Of a stretch of DNA of 64,000 nucleotides, positions 1 to 12,535 are shown in pieces. Position numbers and translations under genes: made by a program. The notes beneath the pieces are model-generated. The model had not been told where the DNA came from. It saw only the letters and a list, made by a program, of their open reading frames with translations, and did not search any database. Origin of the DNA: the human T2T-CHM13v2.0 reference genome, Homo sapiens; the NCBI RefSeq assembly GCF_009914755.1, contig NC_060925.1; one strand, 5' to 3'. The stretch's first letter is position 1. Each line of letters opens with the position of its first letter.

Positions 1-195
1 TTAACAATCATGAAATTGTATGTATTCGATTTAATTTTACAAATATGTATTTTCTTAAATTTTGTTTCATTAGCTTTGCTGTATCTTTTTATTGATTTAT
101 CTTTTATTTAGCCCAACTTAGTTGTCAATAGCAAATAAATTCTTGTTAGCATAGTTGTGGTTGTGGTCTGCTTAAAAAAAGAAACTATTATTTTA

Positions 196-537
196 GGACA
201 GGCACGTTGGCTCACACCTGTAATCCCAGCACTTTGGCAGGCTGAGGAGAGTGAATCACCAGAGGTCGGGAATTCGACACCAGTCTGGCCAAGATGGCGA
301 AACCCTGTATCTACAAAAATACAAAAAAATTAGCTGGGTGTGGTGGCACACGCCTGTAGTCCCAGCTACTCAGGAGGCTGAGGCAGGAGAATCACTTGAG
401 CCCGGGAGGCGGAGGTTGCAGTGAGCCGAGATCACACCACTGCACTCCAGCCTGGTCTACAAAGCAAGACTCCATCTCAAGAAAAAACCAAAAAAAAAAA
501 AAAAAAAAGAAAAAAGAAAAAGAAAAGAAAAAAGAGA
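196..537 (+). mobile_element. AluS (Sx/Sz/Sp-like) SINE, full length
   Basis: GGCTCACACCTGTAATCCCAGCACTTTGG left arm, A-rich linker, right arm, long A/G tail; TSD-like AGAAA(C/T)TATTATTTT on both sides. Confidence 0.97.
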
Positions 538-1366
538 AATTATTATTTTTATAGAGAAATATTTATGATGGTGTAATATTTTTCTGAAATCAACCTGAGT
601 CAGTATTATGTACACTAAAAATACATGATGCCTCTCTATTGAGTTTTTGAATAATAACAGAAATTCACTGAAGGGTTTTGGTCCCTTTTTTTTACCCTTC
701 TAACAGAATTTCTTTAATATTAGCAAGAGATAACACTTAAAATTATTTTGTGTTTATATAACTGAATGTTACTCTTTCAAATATGAAAATATTCTAATAT
801 TAACCAGCTTGGTAAAAATCATTTTGATTAGTGACATTCCTACCTTCATAGTAGAAGCCATTGAATATGATTTAGCCTTTTTCTAATAACTCAAGGATGG
901 TTTTATAACCTGCCATTATTATAAAGTGTGATAATGGAATTCTGTCTGTTTGCTTCCCTCCATATCAAGTTGTCAGCTGTTACTTTTGCTGTGACTGTTC
1001 TTGCTTTTTAACTACCTCTTCTTTTGACATTCTGTTTTCCATTTTAGTTTTCTCCTTCAAGAACTGAGAAGTCTGACAAACCATTCTTGTTAAGAATTGT
1101 ATATTAAACATGTGCCAATGAATCTGGGATTGAAAATTAATCAGGCTTCAGATGCTTTATGGTAAATCAGCTAAAAGAAGTAAGGAACATTAGTGAAATG
1201 TAAGGAGTAGGGTTCATTTGTTTAGTAGATCCTGGAGCCACCCCTTTTCCAATTGACTTCACCTCAAGTCTGTACTGAGTCCCCAGATACTTGTGTTCTT
1301 TATCAGTTCCTTTTTTGTAAGCCATGTCCCAGTGACCCAACTGTGATGTTGATGACCTGGTGCTAC

Positions 1367-1780
1367 TGTGGTCAGGAGCTTATGCAACATGGGGTGGGGG
1401 AAAATCTCATATCTACTAAAGAAATTTGATGGTTTGCATAACTGGAAGTTTAGAAATAAGACAGGCGTCAGAACTTCACCATTCTCTGGGTGTCAGCTTT
1501 ATTCTTGGGCTGGCATCGATGTTCTGCAGTTATGAACCTCACACATGTGCATGAAAATTTGCAGAGGAAGAAATGCTATCTGTTTCTTGGATTCTTTTTA
1601 TGGTTTTTTTTTTTTTTAAAAAAAAACCTCTTAGAAGCCTTAGGAAAATACTCCCTATTTTATCATTTTATTGGCCTAAATGATGTTACATCCCTATTCA
1701 TGATCATTACTGTACACCAGGAGAATGCTACGTACTCATTGGCCTCACCCTATTGTGCTGGACCAATCACTTTCAAGAGC
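1367..1780 (-). mobile_element. Old MaLR LTR fragment (MLT1J/L-like)
   Basis: Degenerate resemblance to MLT1 antisense motifs (GTCAGCTTTATTCT, ATTGGCC...CATCCCT...ATTACTG...CATTGGCC); boundaries approximate. Confidence 0.4.
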
Positions 1781-2214
1781 TGGTTTAATATTAGAAGTAA
1801 TCTCAGATTTTGTATTTGCTATTTGGCTTAGCATAAGTAATGGAGCAGGTAAGATTACTCAACACTATATCTCATATTTTGCATATACTACATATTTGTC
1901 TATACATACTCAACTATCCCAAAATATTTTATGGTTGTGAATTGGAGCAAAGGATAGAGGAGGTGGTACTTGGGATATCAGGAATCAGGGCACTAATGTC
2001 ACAGTGACTTCCAGGCACCTATAAATCATTCAGTTCCCTCTTTTTCTATTTGAGCCCTGTAGTTTATGAGCAGTTTACATTGTCATCATCTTCAGTTTCT
2101 CCTTTAAATTCCTTAATCCAGTTTCTTTCCATTTTAAAACCAGACTCACTTCCCCTATGTCTCTCACACACTATGGTCAGCCCTTCTTCCTTTCAACCTT
2201 AAACGACTGTTAGT

Positions 2215-2345
2215 CAGATTTTACAGAAAGGGCTGCAGGAGCTCAGAAAGGTTCAGTAATTTATGCAACGTCACATAGCTAGTAAGTGCTGAAGCTGAGA
2301 TATAAACCTAAGTTTAACTCTAAAAGCTATCTTAGTCCTACTGTT
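2215..2345 (-). mobile_element. MIR SINE fragment
   Basis: ATTTTACAGA...GCTCAGAAAGGTTCAGTAATTT...GTCACATAGCTAGTAAGTG matches the antisense MIR core. Confidence 0.8.
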
Positions 2346-3611
2346 TTATGCTATCTGCCTATACCATGCTATGTCCTCATTTTCCCTCCCTGGAATTCAT
2401 CTTCTGCTTAACCCTTAAATTTTTAAAATATAAAATATCATACCTACAAAGAAATGCATATAACATGTATGTATAGTTTCACAAATTATAAGTTAATATT
2501 CATGCTGCAATATCAGAGACACCGAACTAAACATTCCTACCCAGCTCTGTTTATCTCTAGTCAGGTGCATTCATTCCAGTCTTCCCCACTCCTCATTGCT
2601 TAGGTTCATCATTAAGATGACTATTACTAAGTTTTACAACAAAGCTGAAAGAATACCGTATATGATTTTAGTACAAGGGGGCTCAAGACAAACAAGTGGT
2701 CAGTGATTTCTCATTATCTCTAATAGTAAGCTAGAAAATCCTATTACATATTATGCTTCTATTAATACCTCGGGTTCCAGTTAAACAGTGTCGTAACAAT
2801 AAATTTAAAAAGTGAAGTTGTACTAGGCTGAATTTTCTCTGCACATCCAAAATTAATACAGTTGATTATTTTAGCATAATATAAAAATAAGATTAAAGGA
2901 TTACATCAAATTAGATTCACAGCCTGAATATTCTTAGACCTTCAGAAAATTGAAATCAAGTTAATGCAAATTTGGTACCAAGTTGAAGCATTTTAGTTAT
3001 ATGTAGATGGTTTTTTCATTCAAACTTCAGGCAAATAACTTACCAAAATTACATCGTAAGCTCTTCTATGGAAGGTCCATAGCTTTGCTCCAGCCTCCAT
3101 AGTTATTTTTGCAGCCAAACCCTTCCTGAGATGCTACATAGGATATAATTTTTTTAAAGATCCATTGCCACTTATTTTCCTAGCACCTCTGGCTTAGCAA
3201 ATCAGTCGTTTGTGTAGGACTTGAGCTCCCACTGGGCTTTTTAAAAAATGCAAATGTCTCTGAGGAGTAACTGTAGTCAAGTCATAAAACTTCATTCAAC
3301 ATGAAAGTGTTTTCAGATCAATGGCCTCAATAACTAGAAGGAATCAGGTAGCAAGAGATCTTTGGATGTCCGGGAAGAAGTAGGAAAAAGTCAGAAAAAT
3401 ATTTAAGTGAGGGATTTGAAAAGCAAATTTCAACTACTACATATTTTTGACAAAGGTTAGTTTTGTTATTTGATGAAGGATTTTTTTGAATAAAATTTCA
3501 GCCCTTTTTACACCCTTCCTTTCGTATTAGCAGTAACTATTTTGTTATTCATTCCTTCCTTATGAAAGCTTCCCTGATGCCTCTCCTCCTCTTCTTGGCA
3601 GACATCAGGAC

Positions 3612-4240
3612 TGTTAAAGGACCAACAGGTTCATATGCCCACTATACAATAACACACCAGATACACTGAGACAGCTGGATTTGCCCCAGAGAAAAAGCTA
3701 AATGACCACAGAGCAGAGCACCAAGTGCGGAGATGAAGGAGACCCTCAAATCCATTTCCCCATCCTGAAGTTCTGGGCTGGGCTTTTTAAGGGAATCATA
3801 GAGGGTAAGGGCCTGGAAAATTGGAGTTGTTGGTTGAGGTAAGGAGAATGAAATCATCATTACATTGAAACCCATTCTTTGGTGACTCAGCTTCTTGTGG
3901 GGTCTTTCAGACCAGCTTGTGTCAATAGGGTCCTACAGAGCAGCTGATATCAGCAGTTTTACTAGTATGCAGGACCTGAAAGAATATCTCAAAGGGAAAA
4001 CAATGTTTCATAATGTTCAGGAAGTTATCTATAGAGCAGCTAAGGGGAAATAATCTTGTAACAGGGTCTGGGTGATTCTGAGGTAATAGGCCCCAAACAA
4101 CCATGGGGAAGCAGGTCAGAGGGCAAGCTGGCCTAGTGTTTAACATTGAATGGGCTGAAAGTTTGGTTTATTTTTGTTTCTTGTTTCTCCCCCTCCCTTC
4201 TTACCTGAATAATTTTATGAAGTTTATAGGGATGGTTTCA
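3612..4240 (-). mobile_element. ERV1 solo LTR (LTR49-like, MER4 group)
   Basis: TG...CA termini (TGTTAAAGGGACCAACAGG...GGGATGGTTTCA) with a perfect 4 bp TSD GGAC at 3608-3611 and 4241-4244; resembles recalled LTR49 consensus. Confidence 0.85.
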
Positions 4241-4284
4241 GGACCTCCATTCTATCTGTTCCTGAAATATTACAAAAAGATTAT

Positions 4285-4460
4285 TATTGTAGCACTCATC
4301 TAATTGTGTTTTATCTCGTTGTTTGCATGTCTGTTTCTTCCCCAGTGAGTTGTAAATTGCTTAAGGGCAAACAGACACATCCTATTTATCTGTCTGTCAC
4401 TAACATTAAGCACAGCATTTGGTATACAGTCATCACTCTAATAAAGTTTGAAAAAAATAA
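4285..4460 (+). mobile_element. L2 LINE 3' end
   Basis: TGTCTGTTTCTTCCCCAGTGAGTTGTAAATTGCTTAAGGGCA...AGCACAGCATTTGG...CTAATAAAGTTTG resembles the L2 terminus. Confidence 0.75.
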
Positions 4461-4474
4461 AAAGGAATGAATTA

Positions 4475-4909
<435 letters not shown>

Positions 4910-5717
4910 TTAAAATATTGACAAGATATCAGACATTATTTTTAAGTAATAAAGATTTTTATGATGCTTGATCTTTATTACTTATAAAGGCTAGATTGGA
5001 GAACACAGTTGGGATTTTTGGCAACTATGGGGTTTTTCATAATATACTCTAGAAATGGGCATACCTATCCACCTAAACACAGCAGTACAAGAAACCACAG
5101 GGCTTCTTTTTTGGGGAACTCCTGCTACAAAACTTACAGCAGTGAGGAGCAGATTAATGTAGTGTATCTTAGCTGAAGCAGTTCCATCTCAAAGAAAGAT
5201 GGAGGAAGGTACTGGGCTACTTATGCCCAGTTCTCCTCCAGTATTTATTAACTGGGTAAATCACCTCACTTCCTAACGGAGTTAGAAATGATATAAGAAG
5301 TCAAGAGTATTGGGGAAATCCCTCTACACAGAAAATAGATGAGTGCATGATAAGCACCTCACTTCTAATGTTCCCTAAAGTCTTTATCTCTTAAGGCATT
5401 AGGCTTAAATATTAAGCCTTTAGACAGCTAGAAGGGCATTTATTAGGGCAGCCTTTACCCAGATATCAATCCCTACTTTTTCGTGGGTCCTTCTGAGATT
5501 ACTGGGAGCAGAGAGGAGGAGCAATGTGGATTTAACTGCAAGACCATTCTAAACCAAGGCCTTGACCCTTCATATTCTACTGTCATCTCAAATTGTGTCT
5601 TACATTATTCTTGAAGCTTCCAAAATATGATGATCAAATTACACTCATTTATTCAACAAATATTGACTTAATGTCAGCTGTATGGCTCTCCCTCTTGTGT
5701 GCTTGTAATACACAGCA

Positions 5718-6220
5718 TGTTGGATAATTTTGTATGTAAACTTGACTGGGCCACAGTATGCACAGATCTGGCTAAACATTATTTCCAGGTGTGTCTATGC
5801 GAATGTTTTCAGAAAAAAAAATAGTATTTAAGTTGGTAGCCCTCCCTAATATGGGCCTTCCCTAAAGCAGGCAGCCCTCCCTAATGTGGGTGGGGACCAT
5901 CCAATCCATGAGGACGTGAATAGAACAATAGTGTGGCTCTGCTCACTGCTGGAGCTGGGACATCCATCTTCTCCTGCCTTTGGTGCTCCTGGTTTTCAGG
6001 CTCGCAGACACGGACAGGAGTCTACACTGTTGGTTCCGTGTCTCGCATGCCTTCAAACTACATCACTGGCTTTCCTGGGTCTCCAGCTTATGAACAGCAG
6101 ATTATGGAACTACTCAACCTCTATAATTGGTTGAACCAATTCCTTGCAATAAATCTCATTGACCCCTTTCTATATAAATTGATAGATTAGATATAGATAT
6201 AGATGATATAGACATCTATA
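5718..6220 (+). mobile_element. ERVL LTR (MLT2C/D-like)
   Basis: TGTTGGATAATTTTGTATGTAAACTTGACTGGGCCACAG...CTGGCTAAACATTATT start; GGAGCTGGGACATCCATCTTCTCCTGCC core; AATAAATCTC followed by a TA-rich tract. Confidence 0.85.
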
Positions 6221-6755
6221 TATCCCATATAATATTTAGGCTCATTTCTACTAAAAAAAAATTCATTGCTTATCTGAGACTCAAATTTGACTGAGTGTCT
6301 GTGTTAGTCACTGTTCTCAGGAGAAACAGAACCTATAGAATGTATGTATATGTATAGAGAGAGATTTATTTTAAGAAATTGGCTCCCATGATTTTGGAGA
6401 CAGGCAAGTCCAAAATCTGCAGGATAGGCCGATAGGCTGGAGACCTAGGGAGGAGTTGACATTGCCATTCAAGTCTAAAAGCTATGTGCTAGCAGAAATA
6501 CTTTCTATAGAAAGGTTGGTCTTTTTCTGTTAATGCCTTCAACTGAGTAGATGAGACCCACTCACATTATGCAGGGCAATCTATTTTACTCTAAATCCAC
6601 CAATTTAAATGTTAATCTCATCCAAAAACACCCTCACAGAAACATCCAAAATAAGATTTGACCAACTATATGGGCACCATAGCCCAGCCAAGTTGACACA
6701 CAAAATTAGCATCACAAGTGTCTTTTATTTTTATTTCCTAAATCTGACAACTCTA
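6221..6755. mobile_element. Half of a MER53 hAT-type MITE, split by the LTR at 6300-6716
   Basis: CTAAAAAAAAATTCATTGCTTATCTGAGACTCAAATTTGACTGAGTGTC resumes after the LTR as TTTTATTTTTATTTCCTAAATCTGACAACTCT. Confidence 0.7.
6300..6716 (-). mobile_element. ERVL solo LTR (MLT2B-like)
   Basis: TGTGTTAGTC...GAGAAACAGAACCTATAG...CCAAGTTGACACACAAAATTAGCATCACA; flanked by AGTGTC on both sides. Confidence 0.88.
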
Positions 6756-7513
6756 TTTCAGGGGGTCTGAACTGAGTTGCTAAGGGTTTAAATTGCTCCC
6801 ATAGTCAATCTCTTTCTTTCTTTAACAATATGAAACTGGCACTATTTAACAGTACTTTGTATTTTAGTTTTCTATTGCTTTCAGAAGCAAGCATATATTT
6901 TTTAAACATATTTTCTTAAATGTCTCATGAGGTTTCACATGAGAGATATGAAATCAATAAGTTCTGAGTCTTCCAAAGGCCTACATTGTTCAAGCAAATC
7001 ATGTCCATTCTCTCCTTCCTGGGTTTGATAATCCCATCCAGGAAAAAATTTCTCATGAAGTCACCATCAAACCCAAGCCTGGACTTGATCTCTTATTGTT
7101 CTGCCTGCCTTTTCCAAGGCCTCTTGTAACTTGCCTCATCTTGCTGCATTTCCCCTAATTCCTGAGATTTCTAGAGTGTTCCCTTAGGGCAAGGCAATTA
7201 CATGTATCCTCACCTATAATAATTTTATCACTTTGAAACTCATCTCAGAATGCTTTAAATTTTTTTTATCTTTTGCCTTCTTATATCTGCTCAAGTTTCC
7301 TGGACATTTGATATAGTGTCATCATTCTTCATGCTGTAATTCTCTAATTGCTCTCACTCTGGACTTGTTATCCATAGCTTTAAAAGGCTGATTTTCCCTG
7401 ATTTTTTTCTCCTCTTGGAGATTCATTCCAGACATTCCACACTGCTCTCTGAATTTCTGTTTCTCAGCTTCCGTTAGATATCTTTAGGCTTCAGTCACAA
7501 TTTTTTGACCTGG

Positions 7514-9948
7514 TGATATGGTTTGGATATTTTCTTCCCTCCAAATTTCATGTTGAAATCTGACCTTCAAAGTTAGAAGTGGGCCTAGTGGGTGGTGTTT
7601 GATTCATGAGGGTAGCTCCTTCATGAATGACTTGGTGTTGTTCTCATGATAAAAAGTGAGTTCTTGCTCTGAGTTCACATGAGATCTGGTTGTTTAAAAG
7701 AGTGTGGTACCCCTACCCCCCCCACTTCCTCTTCCTCCTTCTCAGCATGTGATATGCCAGTTCACCCTTTGACTTCCACCATGATCATAAGCTTCTTGAG
7801 GCCCTCACTAGAAGCAGATGCTGGCACCATGTTTCTTGTACAGCCTACAGAACCATGAGCCAAAATAAACTTATTTTCTTTATAAATTACTCAGCCTCAG
7901 GTATTCCTTTATAGCAACACAAATGGACTAAAACAGAAAACTGTTACTGAGGAGTGGAGCATTGCTATAAATATACGTTCGGAACTGGATAATAGGCAGA
8001 GGTTGGAAGAGTTTGGAGACCTTGAAAGAAGACAGGAAGATAAGGGAAAATTTGAAACTTTTGAGTGGCTTCTTAAGTATTTGTGACCAAAATGCTGATA
8101 GAAATATGGATAGTGACATCCAAGCTGATGAAGTCTCAGATGGAAATGAGGAAATTGTTGGGAACTGGTATAAAGGTCACCTATGTTATGTCATAGCAAA
8201 GAACTTGACTGCATTGTGTCCATGCCCTAGGAATATGTGGAAGTTTGAACTTATGAGTGATGACTTAGAGTATCTGGCAGAAGAAATCTATAAGCAGAAA
8301 AACATTCAAAATGTGGCATGGCTTCTTCTAACAGCCTATCATCAGATAAAGGAGCAAAGAAATAACTTAAATTTGGAACTTATAATTGAAAGTGAAGCAC
8401 AGCATAAAAGTTTAGAAAATTCACAGCCTGGCCATGTGATAGAGAAGGAAAGGTTATTTTTAGGAGACGAATTGAAATGAGATTCAAAGCCACCACCTGC
8501 TAGAGAGCTTTGCATGACTAAAATGGAGCCAAGCACTAATAGCCAAGAAATGGGAAAAAAGGCCTGAAAGGCCATCAGAAATCTTTGAGGCAGACCCTCC
8601 CATCATAGGCCCAGAGGTCTAGTGGAAAAGAATGGTTTCAGGGACCAGGCCCAGGCCCTTGCTGCCCTGTGCCACCTCAAGGACATAGCTCCCCACATGC
8701 CAGCCGCTCTGGCTTCAGCCTTAGCTTAAAGGGTCCCAAGTACAGCTTGGACTGTCACTTCAGAAGGCACCAACCCTAAGCTTTGGTGGCTTCCATGTGG
8801 TGTAAAGTCTGCAGCTGCACAGAATCCAAGAATGAAGGAAGCTTAGCAGCTTCCACCTAGATTTCAGAGGATGTGTGGGAAATCCTGGGTGCCCAAGCAG
8901 AAACCTGCTGCAGAGACAGAGGCCCTGCAGAGAGTCCCTACTAGGGCAATCCCAAGGAAAACTGTGGAGTCAGAGTCCGCACTGGAGCACTGCCTAGTGG
9001 AGCTGCGGGAATTGGGCCACTGCCCTCCAGACCCCTGAATGTTAGAGCAACTGGCAGCTTGTATCATTGGCCTCGACAGGCTACAGGCACTCAACTCCAA
9101 CCTGTAAGGGCACCCACAGGAGCTGCATCATGCAAAGCCACAGAGGTAGAGTTGCCCAACGAGTTGCCTTGGGAGCCTGCCCAGCACAACAGTGTTCCCA
9201 GGTTGTGGGACATGGAGTCAAAGATTATTTTGGAGCTTTAAAGTTTTAAGTCTGCCCTGCTGGGTTTCAGACTTGTGTGGAACCTACTGCTCCTTTCTTT
9301 TGGCTGATTTCTCCCTTTTGGAATGGGAAAGTTTACCCAATGCCTATACCACCATTATATCTTGGAAGTAAATAACTTGTTTTTTTAATTTACAGGCTCA
9401 TAGGAGTCTCAGATGGGACTTTGAACTTCGGACTTGGGACTTTTGAATGATGCTGGAATTAGTTAAGACTTTTGAGGACGATCAGGAAGTGATGATTGTA
9501 TTTTGCAATGTGAGAAGAACAAGAGATGATGTGGAGGGACAGGAGTGGAATGATATGGCTTAGATATTTTCTCCCCTCCAAATCTCATGTTGAAATGTGA
9601 CCTCCAGTGTTTAACATGGGCCTAGTAGATGTGTTTAGGTCATGGGGCAGATTCCTCATGAGGCTTGGTGCTGTCCTCGTGATAATGCGTGAGTTCCTGC
9701 TCTGAGTTCATGTGAGACGTGATTGTTTAAAATCACTCTCTCTTGCTTCCACTCGTCATGTGATATGCTAGTTCTCATGTTGCCTTCTGCCATGAATTTA
9801 TAAGCTTCCTTAAGACCTCACCAGAAGCAGATGCTGGCACCACACTTCTTGTACAGCCCACAGAACCATAAGCCAAAATAAAGCTCTTTTCTTTATAAAT
9901 TACCCAGCTTCAGGTATTCCTTTATATGAATGCAAATGGACTAACACA
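7514..9948 (+). mobile_element. Complete MaLR provirus (MSTB/MSTB1-like): 5' LTR 7514-7935, internal 7936-9550, 3' LTR 9551-9948
   Basis: Two homologous LTRs (TGATATGG...ATGGACTAA(A/C)ACA); ~1.6 kb MST-int; purine-rich tract before the 3' LTR; degenerate TSD CCTGG/TCTGA. Confidence 0.93.
8013..8480 (+). pseudogene. Remnant of the MaLR internal ORF (N-terminal part)
   Basis: DQNADRNMDSDIQADEVSDGNEEIVGNW is homologous to DQNVNSDMDNKVQDEVVSDGDEELGNW in the THE1-int at 43494-43763; annotated start codon is TTG. Confidence 0.8.
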
Positions 9949-12001
9949 TCTGATAATAGCTGAAACATCTGCTTTTCTACCTTCCTTTTTAAGATCAATC
10001 AGATCTGGGTCTATCCTTTTGCTCTTAATATTTGTTTCTTTCAAGCATCAAGATTCCATTCTCTATTTCATGGCTATCTAATTTGTCTCATAAAATCTCT
10101 ATGTTTCTCATAAGGAAATCTCTCTTTTCCTCCAAAGTAATCAACTAGTTTTTCTATTTTTTTATTTTTTTCCCACTTCTTCCGTTCTAATAAGAAAACT
10201 AAAACATGCCTCTTTCACACAACTGCAATTCCTCCTGGATATTTTACACAAACTCAATTCTTAAAATCCAGGTGCTCCAAACACAGCCTTTATTCTTTCT
10301 CTTCATAGCCTTTAAGTGTGCAATAATTTTAATAACTTGTTTGTTACCTTGTTCAATTCCACTGAAGATAGAGTAGATTCTCTGTATAGTAAGCACTTGC
10401 AACTACTTTTCATGTTTTTTAATCAGATTCACTACCCCGCTGTGGGCAAAACCATAATAAGTGTTCTCTGAGTTACAAGACCATGGACAGTGCTTGTGTG
10501 ATAACACAGTTCAAAGATCAAGATCAAACTGCAGTAGCTCAGCCAGTATCTACTCAGGCCAGCAGGGGCTATACACTAATGATAAAATTGTCCCATCTGC
10601 CCCAAAACAACTATTTGCTTAGGAATAAAACTGCTATGCCCTACAATAAACCCCAAAGTCAAAATCTTGCATAGCTAAAGCTGACAGCCCATAGCCCCAT
10701 GCCCTAGTTTCGCTAAAAATGTCTCCAGGTGTTATTTGAGTCACCAAAATCTACTTTGTGTCTATTTATGTTCATTAGTGATAAAACTGATATTGGAGGA
10801 GGTGGTTTAAGTGCATGGCTACAAGGATCTTCCTAAGACTTAGTGCATCTAGCCTCATCCCATGGGGCTTACTGCTGTACAACTGAGGCCTTGGAGGCAA
10901 AACCAAATATCCTCAGGTAGACTCCAGAAGAAAGATAGGGGAAGTGTCTGAGCTTTGCATCTGTGCTCACATCTTCAGACCCTGCCAATCAGACAATTCC
11001 TTAAACATTTGTGAGAAAGAAAAAATGGGGCAAGAGTTCAGGAAGTTTAGGGAAAGTGCCTCCTCTTGAAGCCTGAGAAGTGAGCAACAAGTCTGTCCTC
11101 TCCAACAATACTCCAGTGGCATTTATAACTATCCGCAAGCTCTGACAGAAGTTTTTGTGGACTCAGTCTGCCATGATATGACTGCACATCAATATCTAGA
11201 ACACCCGTTCTGGATTAAAGTGCAATCGAGAGAGCCTCTCTTGATAAGACTTGCATATATTCAAGGCACATAATCTCATGAAGATTGCCCTATTTTAGCT
11301 TAATTTAGTTTCAACCCCCAGCACTTTCTTATACTGATGACAGTCTATCTGATATTTGACAAAAATGATGCATTGCCAAAACATGTAATCCAGAATGTCT
11401 TCCAAATCATGCCCCAGAAAGCAATGGCTCTCGCCAAAGCTACAATTAACTAAATGAATAAGAAGCTTCCCGTAATCTTATAGAGAAACCCATCTAGATC
11501 TCCTTTTATTATTTCTGCTTCCTAGGAATATCCAGAAAACTGAACAAAATTTCTAGTACCCTTCCTCACCCCTGCAACCAGGCTCATGGCATTCTCCTTC
11601 TATTCTAGACATCCCAGTATGTATAACTGAGAGTTTGAACAACCATATTTCATGACACAATTAAGATGTAACTGTATTTTCATTACCTTCTGTGCATTGA
11701 AAGGGGGATAGTCTTACCCTGCCTTGATATCATTAATTCATCATTAGGTAATAAACAGCCTTGTGATTGCTTTAATTCACATAACATGGTCTCAATGTTG
11801 TTGTTAGACTATCTCAGTCCAAATTATTGGTCAATGCTTTAGTCTTCATTCAAATTTTAGATTTTTCCTACCTCACTCACCTTCCCATCTGTAACTCTCT
11901 GTCTGTCTGACTTTAAGCTATAAAGTATAGTCAAACTTACTCCTATCCCTTTTGCCTTCTCTCTGACTTCTTTGCTACAATTTCAGAGCTCCTTGAGATT
12001 T

Positions 12002-12098
12002 ATATATACTTTAAGTTCTAGGGTACACGTGCACAACGTGCGGTCTTGGTGGGACTGTAAACTAGTTCAACCATTGTGGAAGACAGTGTGGCGATGCC
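12002..12098 (-). mobile_element. Tiny 5'-inverted, truncated L1PA insertion
   Basis: Antisense L1 3' terminus ATACTTTAAGTTCTAGGGTACACGTGCACAACGTGC joined to sense ORF2 piece TTGGTGGGACTGTAAACTAGTTCAACCATTGTGGAAGACAGTGTGGCGAT; TSD CCTTGAGATTT at 11991-12001 and 12099-12109. Confidence 0.92.
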
Positions 12099-12235
12099 CC
12101 TTGAGATTTGAAAAAGGAGCTGGAGACACTTTGTGGAGAAAGGGAAGAACTTACCTGGCTAGAGGACTTGCCCATCTCTGAGAGAAAGTTCAAACTACTG
12201 TGAGCTATTATCATGGCTTTTCTTAAGAGAATCCC

Positions 12236-12535
<300 letters not shown>

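Larger units (their letters stand above)
3602..4460 (+). ncRNA. Putative terminal exon of a spliced lncRNA or UTR
   Basis: Pyrimidine tract CTCTCCTCCTCTTCTTGGCAG ending at 3601; AATAAA at 4440-4445; no meaningful ORF; body is antisense LTR plus L2 tail. Inferred from signals only. Confidence 0.4.

Noticed and set aside
2960-3260. Two ATGCAAAT octamers (and ATTTGCAT at ~46504)
   Set aside because: Isolated AT-rich 8-mers at a frequency compatible with chance.
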